64,000 nt of DNA from Polyangia bacterium (lineage in GTDB: Bacteria > Myxococcota_A > Polyangia > JAAYKL01): positions 64,001-128,000 of the forward strand of contig JBNKCR010000098.1 in NCBI GenBank assembly GCA_050287845.1, read 5' to 3'. The notes under the pieces were generated by a model that saw only the letters and a list, made by a program, of their open reading frames with translations, made no database searches and was not told where the DNA came from. A program made the position numbers and the translations under genes. This document shows positions 40,763 to 51,476 of this stretch, piece by piece; position 1 is the stretch's first letter, and each line of letters begins with the position of its first letter.

Positions 40763-41449
40763 ATGGCGGATAACATAACGTTTTTAGAAACTTCTGTGGG
40801 GAAGAAAGTATTGATGGCCGCAACCGGCTTTATTGTGTTTGGATTTGTTGTCGGGCACATTCTCGGCAACCTTCAGCTCTTCATGGGCCCTGACAGATTA
40901 AATGCGTACGCAGCCTTTCTCCAGGGGTCTGGACTGCTGAAATGGTCTGTCCGCATTGTTCTGGGGCTGAGTGTAGTGGTCCATATCATCAGTGCGGCGC
41001 AGGTGACACTGCAGAACTGGCGGGCCAGAACCACAAAATATGCGGTGCAGAAATTTCAGAAAACCACCTATGCCGCGAGAACGATGTGGCTGGGAGGGCC
41101 CATTATTGGGCTGTTTGTCGTGTATCATCTGTTGCACCTCACTACGGGCGATGTGCACCCGATGCCCTCAGGATTCACCCCCGGCCGGGACGGGGTCATT
41201 AACGTGTACAACAATGTGGTTTTTGGATTTCAGAATCCACTGGCGTCCGGCATCTATATTCTCTCCATGGTTCTGATTGGCCTGCATCTGTATCACGGTC
41301 TGTGGAGCATGATGCAGAGTGTGGGGTTGAATCACCCGAAATACAACCCGTTACGCAAGGGGTTTGCTGTTGTATTCTCCCTGCTTGTGGCTGGCGCCGG
41401 CATTTCCCTTCCGGTTGCGGTGCTTTCCGGCCTGGTAACCCCGGTGTAG
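40763..41449 (+). CDS. sdhC: Succinate dehydrogenase/fumarate reductase cytochrome b subunit
   Basis: SVGKKVLMAATG, HILGNL, HLLHL, HLYHGLWSMMQSVG; five TM, di-heme b558 type. Confidence 0.93.
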   Translation: MADNITFLETSVGKKVLMAATGFIVFGFVVGHILGNLQLFMGPDRLNAYAAFLQGSGLLKWSVRIVLGLSVVVHIISAAQVTLQNWRARTTKYAVQKFQKTTYAARTMWLGGPIIGLFVVYHLLHLTTGDVHPMPSGFTPGRDGVINVYNNVVFGFQNPLASGIYILSMVLIGLHLYHGLWSMMQSVGLNHPKYNPLRKGFAVVFSLLVAGAGISLPVAVLSGLVTPV

Positions 41450-41489
41450 CGATACCGGCAGACTTTTACTGACAGTCAGGAGCAGTTGA

Positions 41490-43402
<1,913 letters not shown>

Positions 43403-43403
<1 letters not shown>

Positions 43404-44143
43404 TGAATTTCAAGCTTAACGTGTGGCGCCAGAAGCCCGGTGATAAAGGAAAACTCGTATCGTACGATGCTGGCAACATCAGTGCCGATGCATCTTTTCT
43501 TGAAATGCTCGACGTGGTGAATGAAAGATTGATTGAAAAAGGCGATGACCCCATTGCATTTGATCACGATTGCCGCGAGGGCATTTGCGGTATGTGCGGT
43601 TGCGTGGTGAACGGGTACGCCCATGGGCATCGGGGGGGAACAACACTGTGTCAGCTGCATATGCGGGAATTTGAAGATGGCAGCGTCATTTATGTGGAAC
43701 CCTGGCGGTCCGCCGCGTTTCCCGTGCTATGCGATCTGGTGGTGGACCGAAGCGCCTTTGACGCAATCATCACCGCTGGCGGATACATCTCAATCCGCAC
43801 CGGTTCTGCGCCGGATGGAAATGCCATTGCAATATCGAAGGATGTGGCGGATGCCGCCATGGATGTGGCGGAATGCATCGGATGCGGCGCCTGTGTGGCC
43901 GCTTGCCCGAATGCGTCCGCCATGCTGTTTACTTCCGCGAAGATTTCACAGCTGGCATTGCTGCCCCAGGGGCAACCCGAGCGGATGACCCGGGCACAGC
44001 GGATGGTGCGCGCGATGGAAAACGCAGGATTCGGCGCCTGTACGAACCATGGAGAGTGTGAGGCCGCGTGCCCCAAAGAAATTAAAATGGACAACATTGC
44101 GCGCCTGAACCGTGAATTTATCTGTGCGTCTCTAAAAAAATAA
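43403..44143 (+). CDS. sdhB: Succinate dehydrogenase/fumarate reductase Fe-S subunit
   Basis: [33 protein letters not shown]. Confidence 0.96.
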
Positions 44144-44194
44144 TACCGGTTGTTCCGGTTGATTCCGGAATCCGTTTGCCTCTAGTATGGCGTC

Positions 44195-45727
44195 ATGATG
44201 AAACGACCCGATACCTGTTCAAATAGAAGTTGTGATACTCGCAGAACCCCATTGCGTGTGTTCATGGTGCTGTCTACCATTTTATTTCTGGCGTGCGGTA
44301 ATGAATCCCCGCGCCGCCCGGATGTTCAGAATAATCGTGATACGGAGAACGCTTCGGATGCTCAACCTGTGAAATCCGTTGCAGAAGTAAATGCCGATAA
44401 ATCGGTGCCCATGCCGCCGGTGGACAAGGTTCTGATGGTTCTGGTGGATGCGCTTCGGGCAGACAAACTGGGATGCTATGGATTCAACGAGCCCACCTCA
44501 CCAGCGATCGACAAGCTGGCAGCGGAATCGGTTCTTTTTGAAAATGTGCATGCAGCATCCCCATGGACCGCGCCATCTTTTGGTACGCTGTTCACCGGGG
44601 TTTCACCCACCGTTCATGGCGCCGGCAAAATGCTGGGGCGATACGGCAAAGGCGGCAAGGAGGTGCATGGGGTTAATGTCGGCGGACTTCGCAGCGACTT
44701 GCCTACGCTGGCGGAACTGGCGCCGGAAAAAATGTGGACGGCTGCGGTAATTAACAACTCATTCGTCTGTAAAGAACTGGGATATGCCAGGGGATTTGAT
44801 GAATTTGATTTTCGGCTGGCCAGGTTGACGCAATATCGCACTGCTGACGAAGTCACCGACATTGCCATCAAGTGGCTGGAACAGCACGGAAATGAGCCAT
44901 TCTTCTACTTTTTACATTACTTTGATCCCCATATTCAATACGCGCCCCCAAAGAAGTATCTGCCGATATTTGCCCCCGACAAACCTCGCAGAATTGGTTA
45001 TCCATTTACGGACCACGCATCGGCAAGAGACGGGAGCCTGAATCCGAACGAAGCGGAGAAGGCATTCATTCGCGGTCTGTATCACGGAGAGGTGCGATTT
45101 GTGGACGATGAGTTCTCCAGACTGCTGACCTATATGAAAAAAGCGGGATTGATGGATGATACCTGGATAGTATTTGTCTCCGATCATGGTGAAGAGCTCT
45201 TTGAGCATGGCAGTTTTGATCACGGTCACCGGTACGAGGAGGAAGTGACGAGGGTTCCCTGGCTGATCCGGGCGCCGGGCGGCCAATGGCATGCAGGAAC
45301 GAGGGTGACGCAAAATGTGTCACATGTGGACGTTTTTGTGACGTTGCTCGAACTGATGGGAGTTTCCGTTCCACCGCACGCAGAAGGAAAAAGCGTGATG
45401 CCGCTGATTGAAGGAAAGGAAGTTGCACCGCGAGTTTCATTCATGGAGTTCAACCTTTTTGGCGGTCAGCAGTGTGCGTTATTCGATGGGCGATACAAGC
45501 TGATTTATGATTTGAAACGCGAAAGGGCATTCATGTACGATTTGTTAAATGATTCATCGGAGCAGGAAAAGCTGTCGGATACGCATGAAGGGTTTCGTGC
45601 ATTGTTCAATCATTTGAAAAGAAAGAGAAAAGAGTTGCAGCGAGCAGCGGCGGGGAAGTCCCGGAATAGCGCGGTTTTGTCCGATGAAGCGCGGGATGCC
45701 TTGAAATCTCTGGGATATATCGAATGA
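44195..45727 (+). CDS. Sulfatase-like lipoprotein
   Basis: Lipobox FLAC; VLVDALRAD, SPWTAPSF, HYFDPH, SDHGEEL, HGHRYEEEVTRVP; true start may be downstream. Confidence 0.85.
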   Translation: MMKRPDTCSNRSCDTRRTPLRVFMVLSTILFLACGNESPRRPDVQNNRDTENASDAQPVKSVAEVNADKSVPMPPVDKVLMVLVDALRADKLGCYGFNEPTSPAIDKLAAESVLFENVHAASPWTAPSFGTLFTGVSPTVHGAGKMLGRYGKGGKEVHGVNVGGLRSDLPTLAELAPEKMWTAAVINNSFVCKELGYARGFDEFDFRLARLTQYRTADEVTDIAIKWLEQHGNEPFFYFLHYFDPHIQYAPPKKYLPIFAPDKPRRIGYPFTDHASARDGSLNPNEAEKAFIRGLYHGEVRFVDDEFSRLLTYMKKAGLMDDTWIVFVSDHGEELFEHGSFDHGHRYEEEVTRVPWLIRAPGGQWHAGTRVTQNVSHVDVFVTLLELMGVSVPPHAEGKSVMPLIEGKEVAPRVSFMEFNLFGGQQCALFDGRYKLIYDLKRERAFMYDLLNDSSEQEKLSDTHEGFRALFNHLKRKRKELQRAAAGKSRNSAVLSDEARDALKSLGYIE

Positions 45728-46057
45728 TTTTTTAAAAAAAGTGACCCGCGGCGTGACATTTATGCTATTGTTGAGTTGAAAGGCAGTGAAATGATACTGC
45801 AAAAATTAACTTATTTATTAGATTCTTGACCTGAATGCACATGGAGTGATCAGAGAAAAATCCGAGAAAACAGTTGTTGTTGAATTCAATTATTAAAATT
45901 TTCAGAAATCCAGACTGTTTTCTATGTTCACTTTTTGTACCAAAGAGCGTAAAACATGGCGCAACGTGGATAATATCTCATTGGGATATTTACTTAAGGA
46001 ATCCGGATCTGAACAATTAACAAATCAGATCCATAGCAAACTGTGAGGGAATTTATC

Positions 46058-46975
46058 ATGAAAAGAGAAAACTTATTTTTAATTCTGGCGATGGCTCTGC
46101 TGGCCGGTTTTACGGTTGTTGGTTGCGGTAGTGATCCCGATCCGACCAAGTTGACCAACTCGGACAGCGATAGCGATACCGATACCGACAGTGATACCGA
46201 CGCCGATAGCGACAGTGATACCGATACCGATACCGATACCGATACCGATACCGATACCGATACTGATACTGATACTGATACTGATACTGATACCGACGTT
46301 GGTCCCGGTGGCGATTGTGATGGCAATGATGTGGATTGCTACAGCAAATGTTGGGGATGTGCACTCTCTTCTGCTGAATGTAAACCGACTGTGGAGGCCT
46401 GCCTGACGGATACTTCCTGTGCCAAATATTATGAATGTAAAAACGAAGAATGCTGTGGCGGCAATAACGAGTGTCTCACTGGCGATGACTGGACGGAATG
46501 TATGGGTAAATGCGCCACAGATAATGACGTAACTGACGATGCGCTGAAACTTTACAAAGAGATCGACAGATGTGTTGCCTGTGATGTGTGCGCCGTTTCA
46601 TGTGGTGAAAATGAATCACAGGATTTCGCCATGTGTGCGAAAAACGTGAATACCGCTGATAATCCCTGCTACAATGAAGATGCAGAGGAAGGTGAAATAG
46701 CCTGTTTCTCATGGGCCGGATGGGGTGGTCCCTGTGACATCCCCACACAGAAATGCCAGGGGGATGCCGATTGCCTCGCGCTTGACAAATGTATCAACGA
46801 CTCCTGGGCAGATCCCTCCTGGAAGTCCATTCAGGAACAGTGTTTTGCTGATGCCGGTACAGAGATTTCAGATTTGTATTGGGCGTATATGCAGTGCATT
46901 TACTGCGACGCCTGTAACCTTGCCTGCAGCCGTGACGCCGGTTCCAAAAACTGCGAAGAATACAACGGCAAGTAA
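46058..46975 (+). CDS. Cys-rich lipoprotein, paralog 1
   Basis: GAGGGA RBS, lipobox VVGC, Asp-Thr linker, 30 Cys after the lipobox Cys. Confidence 0.85.
   Translation: MKRENLFLILAMALLAGFTVVGCGSDPDPTKLTNSDSDSDTDTDSDTDADSDSDTDTDTDTDTDTDTDTDTDTDTDTDTDVGPGGDCDGNDVDCYSKCWGCALSSAECKPTVEACLTDTSCAKYYECKNEECCGGNNECLTGDDWTECMGKCATDNDVTDDALKLYKEIDRCVACDVCAVSCGENESQDFAMCAKNVNTADNPCYNEDAEEGEIACFSWAGWGGPCDIPTQKCQGDADCLALDKCINDSWADPSWKSIQEQCFADAGTEISDLYWAYMQCIYCDACNLACSRDAGSKNCEEYNGK
46217..46294 (+). repeat. (GATACC)7(GATACT)5(GATACC) tandem repeat coding (Asp-Thr)13
   Basis: Read directly from the sequence. Confidence 0.95.
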
Positions 46976-47164
46976 TCGAATCCATTCCCTACTGACGCTC
47001 TCCTTCTGTTTTCCCGGAAAAATTACGCATATCAGTTGAAAATATTGCGTAAATAATTTCGTATGCAACTTGTTTTCATGTTTGTCTCGCGTTACTATTA
47101 ATGCACATTCTAAATTGTTAGAGTGGTTTGCTTATTTTACTTTCTTGAAGCTTGGAGGTGTTTT

Positions 47165-48022
47165 ATGCAACGTGCATCATTTGTGCTCGCCATTCTGGGA
47201 ATCTGTATTTCATGGATTATGCTGACGGGATGCGCCCCTGAAGACGAAAGTTCGGGGGGGACATCGGACTCAGATACTGACTCAGATACGGATACGGATA
47301 CGGATACGGATACGGATACGGATTCGGATTCGGATACTGGATCGGAATGCGACGGAGACAACGTGGATTGCTATAAGGAATGCTGGGGATGTGGATTGGC
47401 GTCCAGCCAATGTGAACCGGTGGTCAATGCGTGTCTGGATGACGTGGCCTGCAAGGCCTACTACGAATGCAAGAATAAGAACTGTTGCGACGAAGACAAT
47501 AATTGTCTGGAAGGCGATGCATGGGCGGAATGCATGTCAGGGTGTTATGCCGACGCCAATCTTTCCCGTGAATCGTTTGAAAAATTCGCTGCGATAGATA
47601 AGTGCGTTGCCTGCGATGCCTGTACCGTATCGTGCTCAGAAAAGCATTCTCTGGATTTTAAAATATGTATTCCGGAAGATGTAGCCAATTCTCCGTTGAC
47701 AGAGTGTTATGAAGAAAAAGCTCCGGAGGGCGAAGCGGCCTGTTTCTCCTGGGCCGGGTGGGGGGGGCCATGTACCTGGGATACAATGGGCTGTAAATAT
47801 AACGCGGAGTGCTCGAAGCTGGATGAGGACATTAACGCCACCTGGGGAGAAGCCAATTACGTCGAGCTGCAGGAGGAATTATTCACCGCCGCAAGCGAAG
47901 AGGTGGTCACACTCTATTGGGCGTATATGCAGTGCATCTACTGTTATGCATGTACCGAATCCAAATGTGAAGGCGATGCCGGTTCGAAAAACTGTGAGGA
48001 GTACGAGTCCCCCTTTGAATAG
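47165..48022 (+). CDS. Cys-rich lipoprotein, paralog 2
   Basis: GGAGG RBS, lipobox LTGC; shares ACFSWAGWGGPC, LYWAYMQCIYC and DAGSKNCEEY with paralog 1; 28 Cys after the lipobox Cys. Confidence 0.85.
   Translation: MQRASFVLAILGICISWIMLTGCAPEDESSGGTSDSDTDSDTDTDTDTDTDTDSDSDTGSECDGDNVDCYKECWGCGLASSQCEPVVNACLDDVACKAYYECKNKNCCDEDNNCLEGDAWAECMSGCYADANLSRESFEKFAAIDKCVACDACTVSCSEKHSLDFKICIPEDVANSPLTECYEEKAPEGEAACFSWAGWGGPCTWDTMGCKYNAECSKLDEDINATWGEANYVELQEELFTAASEEVVTLYWAYMQCIYCYACTESKCEGDAGSKNCEEYESPFE
47285..47332 (+). repeat. (GATACG)6(GATTCG)2 tandem repeat coding Asp-Thr/Asp-Ser
   Basis: Read directly from the sequence. Confidence 0.95.
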
Positions 48023-48240
48023 AGCTTATCAACGTTTTCTTCTTTTTAATGTTTCATCTATAGAACAAATCCAGTATTAGCAGTTCGAACATATCGACGT
48101 GGCTGCAGGTCATGTCTGACACGATAAATTCAATATGTGGCGTTTGTACCGCTTACTTCACTGAGCTTTCTGTGGTAATTATGAGTGAAATGCCCTGTAT
48201 CTGGCGGCTTTGGGCCGAACGGGAGCTGTAAAGGAGATCA

Positions 48241-48504
48241 ATGTCGAACAAGAATGAACCCGTTGATGAAACAGTTCTGAAAGGTACCGTGGTGTTGAAT
48301 GAAGAGCGCTGCAAAGGGTGCACTTACTGCGTTCGATTCTGCCCCACCAATGCCTTGGAAATGACGGATCGATTAAACCACAAGGGCTATAATCTGCCCA
48401 TTCTTGCACATCCGGAAAAATGTAACGGATGCGATTTGTGCGGCATGTATTGTCCGGATTTCGCTATATTCGGTCGACGATTGCGCCACAATAAGGAGGA
48501 GTAA
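48241..48504 (+). CDS. korD: 2-oxoacid:ferredoxin oxidoreductase delta subunit (2x[4Fe-4S])
   Basis: CKGCTYCVRFCP and CNGCDLCGMYCPDFAI; first gene of the kor operon. Confidence 0.9.
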   Translation: MSNKNEPVDETVLKGTVVLNEERCKGCTYCVRFCPTNALEMTDRLNHKGYNLPILAHPEKCNGCDLCGMYCPDFAIFGRRLRHNKEE

Positions 48505-48506
48505 AG

Positions 48507-49667
48507 ATGGGCGATACCAGGAACAGAGTTGTGGCAACCGGCACTCATTTTATAGATGGGAACATGGCTTGCGCCGAAGGCGCCATTGCGGTTGGATGCC
48601 GGTTCGTATCCGGATATCCGATTACACCATCCACCGAAGTGGTGGAACACATTGCCAAACGGTTTCCGAAAGTGGGCGGTATGTTTATCCAGATGGAAGA
48701 CGAGTTGGCAGCATCTATCTGCTTTCAGGGCGCGGTGTGGTGCGGCGTTAAGGGAATGACCGTTACATCCGGTCCCGGGTTTTCATTGATGATGGAACAC
48801 GTGGGACTGGCAGCTGCCCTGGAAACGCCTTCCGTGTTTGTGGACGTGCAGCGAGCCGGGCCTTCTACCGGCTTGCCGACAGCGCCGGCCCAGCAGGATA
48901 TGATGCAGGCCCGATGGGGATCCCATGGGGACTATGAAATTATCGCACTGTCACCCAGTTCCCCCCAGGAATGCTTTGATTATATTATCACCTGTTTCAA
49001 TCTTTCCGAAAAGTACCGATGCCCGGTGTTTTTCATGATGGATGAAACAGTGGGACATATGCACGGCAAAGTGAAGATTCCCGAGCTGGAGGCCATCGAG
49101 GTGATTGAACGTAAAAACACCACACGCCCTCCCGGCGAATACCAGCCCTACAAAGTATACGATGGCTGTGTGCCCGAGATGGTGAAGGTGGGGATGGGCC
49201 ATCGGATTCACATTACAGGACTGACCCATAATGAACAGGGATATCCCGCAATGACAGCGGATGCACAGCAAAAGCTGGTAAAACGGCTATGCTCAAAGAT
49301 TCTCGATAACGTCGATGACATTTCCATTATAAAGGAAAACAACGTTGACGATTCTGACGTGGTAGTCATTTCCTATGGCATTACTTCGCGAATTGCCGAG
49401 CACGCAGTGGAGCGGGCGCGGGCAAAGGGAGTGAAGGTGGGAACCGCTCGGTTGATAACCATCTGGCCTTTCAATGATCGGGCAATGGTGGAGATTGCGA
49501 AGAAGACGAGGAATATCATTGTTGCAGAGATGAATCTGGGGCAGATGGTGCATGAGGTGCGGCGGGCCGTCGGCAATCTTGCGCCGGTACATTTCCTGGG
49601 GAACGCCGGAGGAACCACCATTGATCCGGATGTTATCATTGACAAAATCGAGGAGGTGACCCGATGA
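48507..49667 (+). CDS. korA: 2-oxoacid:ferredoxin oxidoreductase alpha subunit
   Basis: GYPITPSTE, QMEDE, TSGPGFSLM, QRAGPSTGLPT, QARWGSHGD. Confidence 0.92.
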   Translation: MGDTRNRVVATGTHFIDGNMACAEGAIAVGCRFVSGYPITPSTEVVEHIAKRFPKVGGMFIQMEDELAASICFQGAVWCGVKGMTVTSGPGFSLMMEHVGLAAALETPSVFVDVQRAGPSTGLPTAPAQQDMMQARWGSHGDYEIIALSPSSPQECFDYIITCFNLSEKYRCPVFFMMDETVGHMHGKVKIPELEAIEVIERKNTTRPPGEYQPYKVYDGCVPEMVKVGMGHRIHITGLTHNEQGYPAMTADAQQKLVKRLCSKILDNVDDISIIKENNVDDSDVVVISYGITSRIAEHAVERARAKGVKVGTARLITIWPFNDRAMVEIAKKTRNIIVAEMNLGQMVHEVRRAVGNLAPVHFLGNAGGTTIDPDVIIDKIEEVTR

Positions 49668-50521
49668 CAGAAATTAAATCACATCCGGTGGAAGGGTTGC
49701 TCCGCTCTGAACGAATGCCACATATCTGGTGTCCCGGCTGCGGGGTGGGAACTTCCGTGAACTGTTTTACCCGCGCCATTGAAAAACTTCAGATGGATTT
49801 GGACCAGCTGCATGTGGTGTCCGGCATTGGGTGCACGGGTCGGGTGGCCGGGTATATCAACGTGGATTCATTCCATACCACCCATGGTCGCGCCCTTGCG
49901 TTTGCCACTGGATTGTCGCTTTCAAGGCCGGATTCAAAGGTGGTGGTGTATTCAGGCGATGGTGACATTGCGGCCATTGGCGGAAATCATCTGATCCACA
50001 CCGCCAGGCGAAACGTGGATATGACTGTTATCTGCGTGAATAACTATACGTATGGAATGACCGGCGGACAGGTTACGCCCACTACTCCCGACAAGGCATT
50101 GGCAAGCACCACTCCGTTTGGTAATTTTGAACATACATTCAATATTCCCAATCTGGTCGCTGCCAGCGGTGCGACGTATGTGGCCCGTTGGACCGTGTTT
50201 CACGTTCGACAATTGACTCGGGCCATGGTGACGGCGCTGAAACATCCGGGATTTTCTTTTATTGAAATTCTGAGTCCGTGCCCCACGCTCTTTATGCGGC
50301 GAAATAAACTGGGCGCAGCGGTGAATCTGATGGAGTATTTCAAGGACAGCGCCGTGATAGATGACGGCGCGGATACCCGAACGGTTGGACTGAATGAAGG
50401 CAGAACCGTGCTGGGTGAGTTTGTGAATGTGCGTCGACCCACCTTGCGGGAGTGCTATGAAGATAGAATGCGCGAAGCGCTTGGGGATGATTTCGTGCCA
50501 TATATGGGAGGGGGGCAATGA
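49664..50521 (+). CDS. korB: 2-oxoacid:ferredoxin oxidoreductase beta subunit
   Basis: WCPGCG, SGIGC, HTTHGR, GDGD...NN TPP motif, SPCPT. Confidence 0.92.
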   Translation: MTEIKSHPVEGLLRSERMPHIWCPGCGVGTSVNCFTRAIEKLQMDLDQLHVVSGIGCTGRVAGYINVDSFHTTHGRALAFATGLSLSRPDSKVVVYSGDGDIAAIGGNHLIHTARRNVDMTVICVNNYTYGMTGGQVTPTTPDKALASTTPFGNFEHTFNIPNLVAASGATYVARWTVFHVRQLTRAMVTALKHPGFSFIEILSPCPTLFMRRNKLGAAVNLMEYFKDSAVIDDGADTRTVGLNEGRTVLGEFVNVRRPTLRECYEDRMREALGDDFVPYMGGGQ

Positions 50522-51066
50522 GTATGAGTAAGGTGGACATTCGAATTTGCGGTATGGGCGGTCAGGGAGTCATCATGAGTGGGATGGTAATTGGCCGGGC
50601 GGCATCTATTCATGAAGATAAGTGGTCTACAATGATTCAGTCATTCGGTCCTGAAGCTCGTGGCAGTACCTGTGCAGCCCAGGTGATGATTGACGACAGC
50701 CATATCGGTTATCCGTATATTAAAAAATCTGATATTTTCCTCGTGTTCAGCCAGGCTGGGTACGAAAAATATATTGATGAACTGAAGGACGATGGCATTC
50801 TCGTGTATGAGGACGAACTGATTACTCTGGATGAGCGTGTCCCCGCCGGTGCGAAAGTGTGTGGCATTCCCGCGACCCGGATTGCCCAGGAGCAGATTGG
50901 CAAGGTGATCACCTTCAATATGGTCATGCTGGGCTACTTTACCCGCAGCACCAATGTGGTGAATCTGGATGCCCTTAAAAAATCCGTAGCGGACAGCGTC
51001 CCCCCCGGCACCGACGAAATGAACCTTCGCGCCTTCGACGCCGGATACAACTACACGCCACAGTAA
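50518..51066 (+). CDS. korC: 2-oxoacid:ferredoxin oxidoreductase gamma subunit
   Basis: GMGGQG, FGPEARG, NMVMLG, NLRAFDAG. Confidence 0.9.
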   Translation: MSMSKVDIRICGMGGQGVIMSGMVIGRAASIHEDKWSTMIQSFGPEARGSTCAAQVMIDDSHIGYPYIKKSDIFLVFSQAGYEKYIDELKDDGILVYEDELITLDERVPAGAKVCGIPATRIAQEQIGKVITFNMVMLGYFTRSTNVVNLDALKKSVADSVPPGTDEMNLRAFDAGYNYTPQ

Positions 51067-51215
51067 ACGTCGCGTTTCAATACAGATCGGTCGGTGCCCC
51101 GAATAGCGCCAGAGCGCAGTTTTATCTCAAAATGGCGGACGCGCAGGAATATTGTGAAATTCGCCTTTCGCGGCAACCTCGACCATCTATGAAATTTCAT
51201 GGAAAATGCCGGGCG

Positions 51216-51252
51216 AAAAAAAAGCCTTGAAACCGGTTGGAATTCAAGGCTT
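51216..51252 (-). terminator. Rho-independent terminator of the tRNA-Gln/tRNA-Glu unit
   Basis: AAGCCTTGAA/TTCAAGGCTT stem followed by a T8 run on the minus strand. Confidence 0.8.
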
Positions 51253-51325
51253 TGACCCCAAGGAGACTCGAACTCCTGTTCCCGGCGTGAGAGGCCGGTG
51301 TCCTGGGCCACTAGACGATGGGGCC
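51253..51325 (-). tRNA. tRNA-Glu(CTC)
   Basis: GGCCCCA/TGGGGTC acceptor stem, anticodon arm CCGGC-CTCTCAC-GCCGG, GTTCGAGTC; CCA not encoded. Confidence 0.96.
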
Positions 51326-51334
51326 CAAACTTTG

Positions 51335-51405
51335 CTCGGGAACTAGGATTCGAACCTAGATTAACGGGGCCAGAACCCGTCGTCCTGCCGTTAGACGATT
51401 CCCGA
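51335..51405 (-). tRNA. tRNA-Gln(CTG)
   Basis: TCGGGAA/TTCCCGA acceptor stem, anticodon arm ACGGG-TTCTGGC-CCCGT, GTTCGAATC; CCA not encoded. Confidence 0.96.
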
Positions 51406-51418
51406 ATCACAGGCAGCT

Positions 51419-51447
51419 TATTTATATGTCTGCATCGGATGTGTCAA
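51419..51447 (-). promoter_or_regulatory. Putative sigma70 promoter for tRNA-Gln/tRNA-Glu
   Basis: Perfect TTGACA (51447-51442) followed 15-17 nt later by TATAAATA, just upstream of tRNA-Gln. Confidence 0.5.
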
Positions 51448-51476
51448 GCAATTGAATTGGATTTTTTAATCGAATT

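Noticed and set aside
46560..46930. CxxCxxCxxxC motifs read as a ferredoxin
   Set aside because: No Cys-Pro ending, Sec-type lipoprotein signal, and even Cys counts with paired loss in the paralog all favour disulfides.
48123..48146. Intergenic 24-mer translating DKFNMWRL, matching NqrF DKFNMWRF at 38582
   Set aside because: 20 of 24 nt match, flanked by in-frame stops with no further similarity. A rough estimate gives about one such match by chance in 64 kb, so it is not called a gene fragment.
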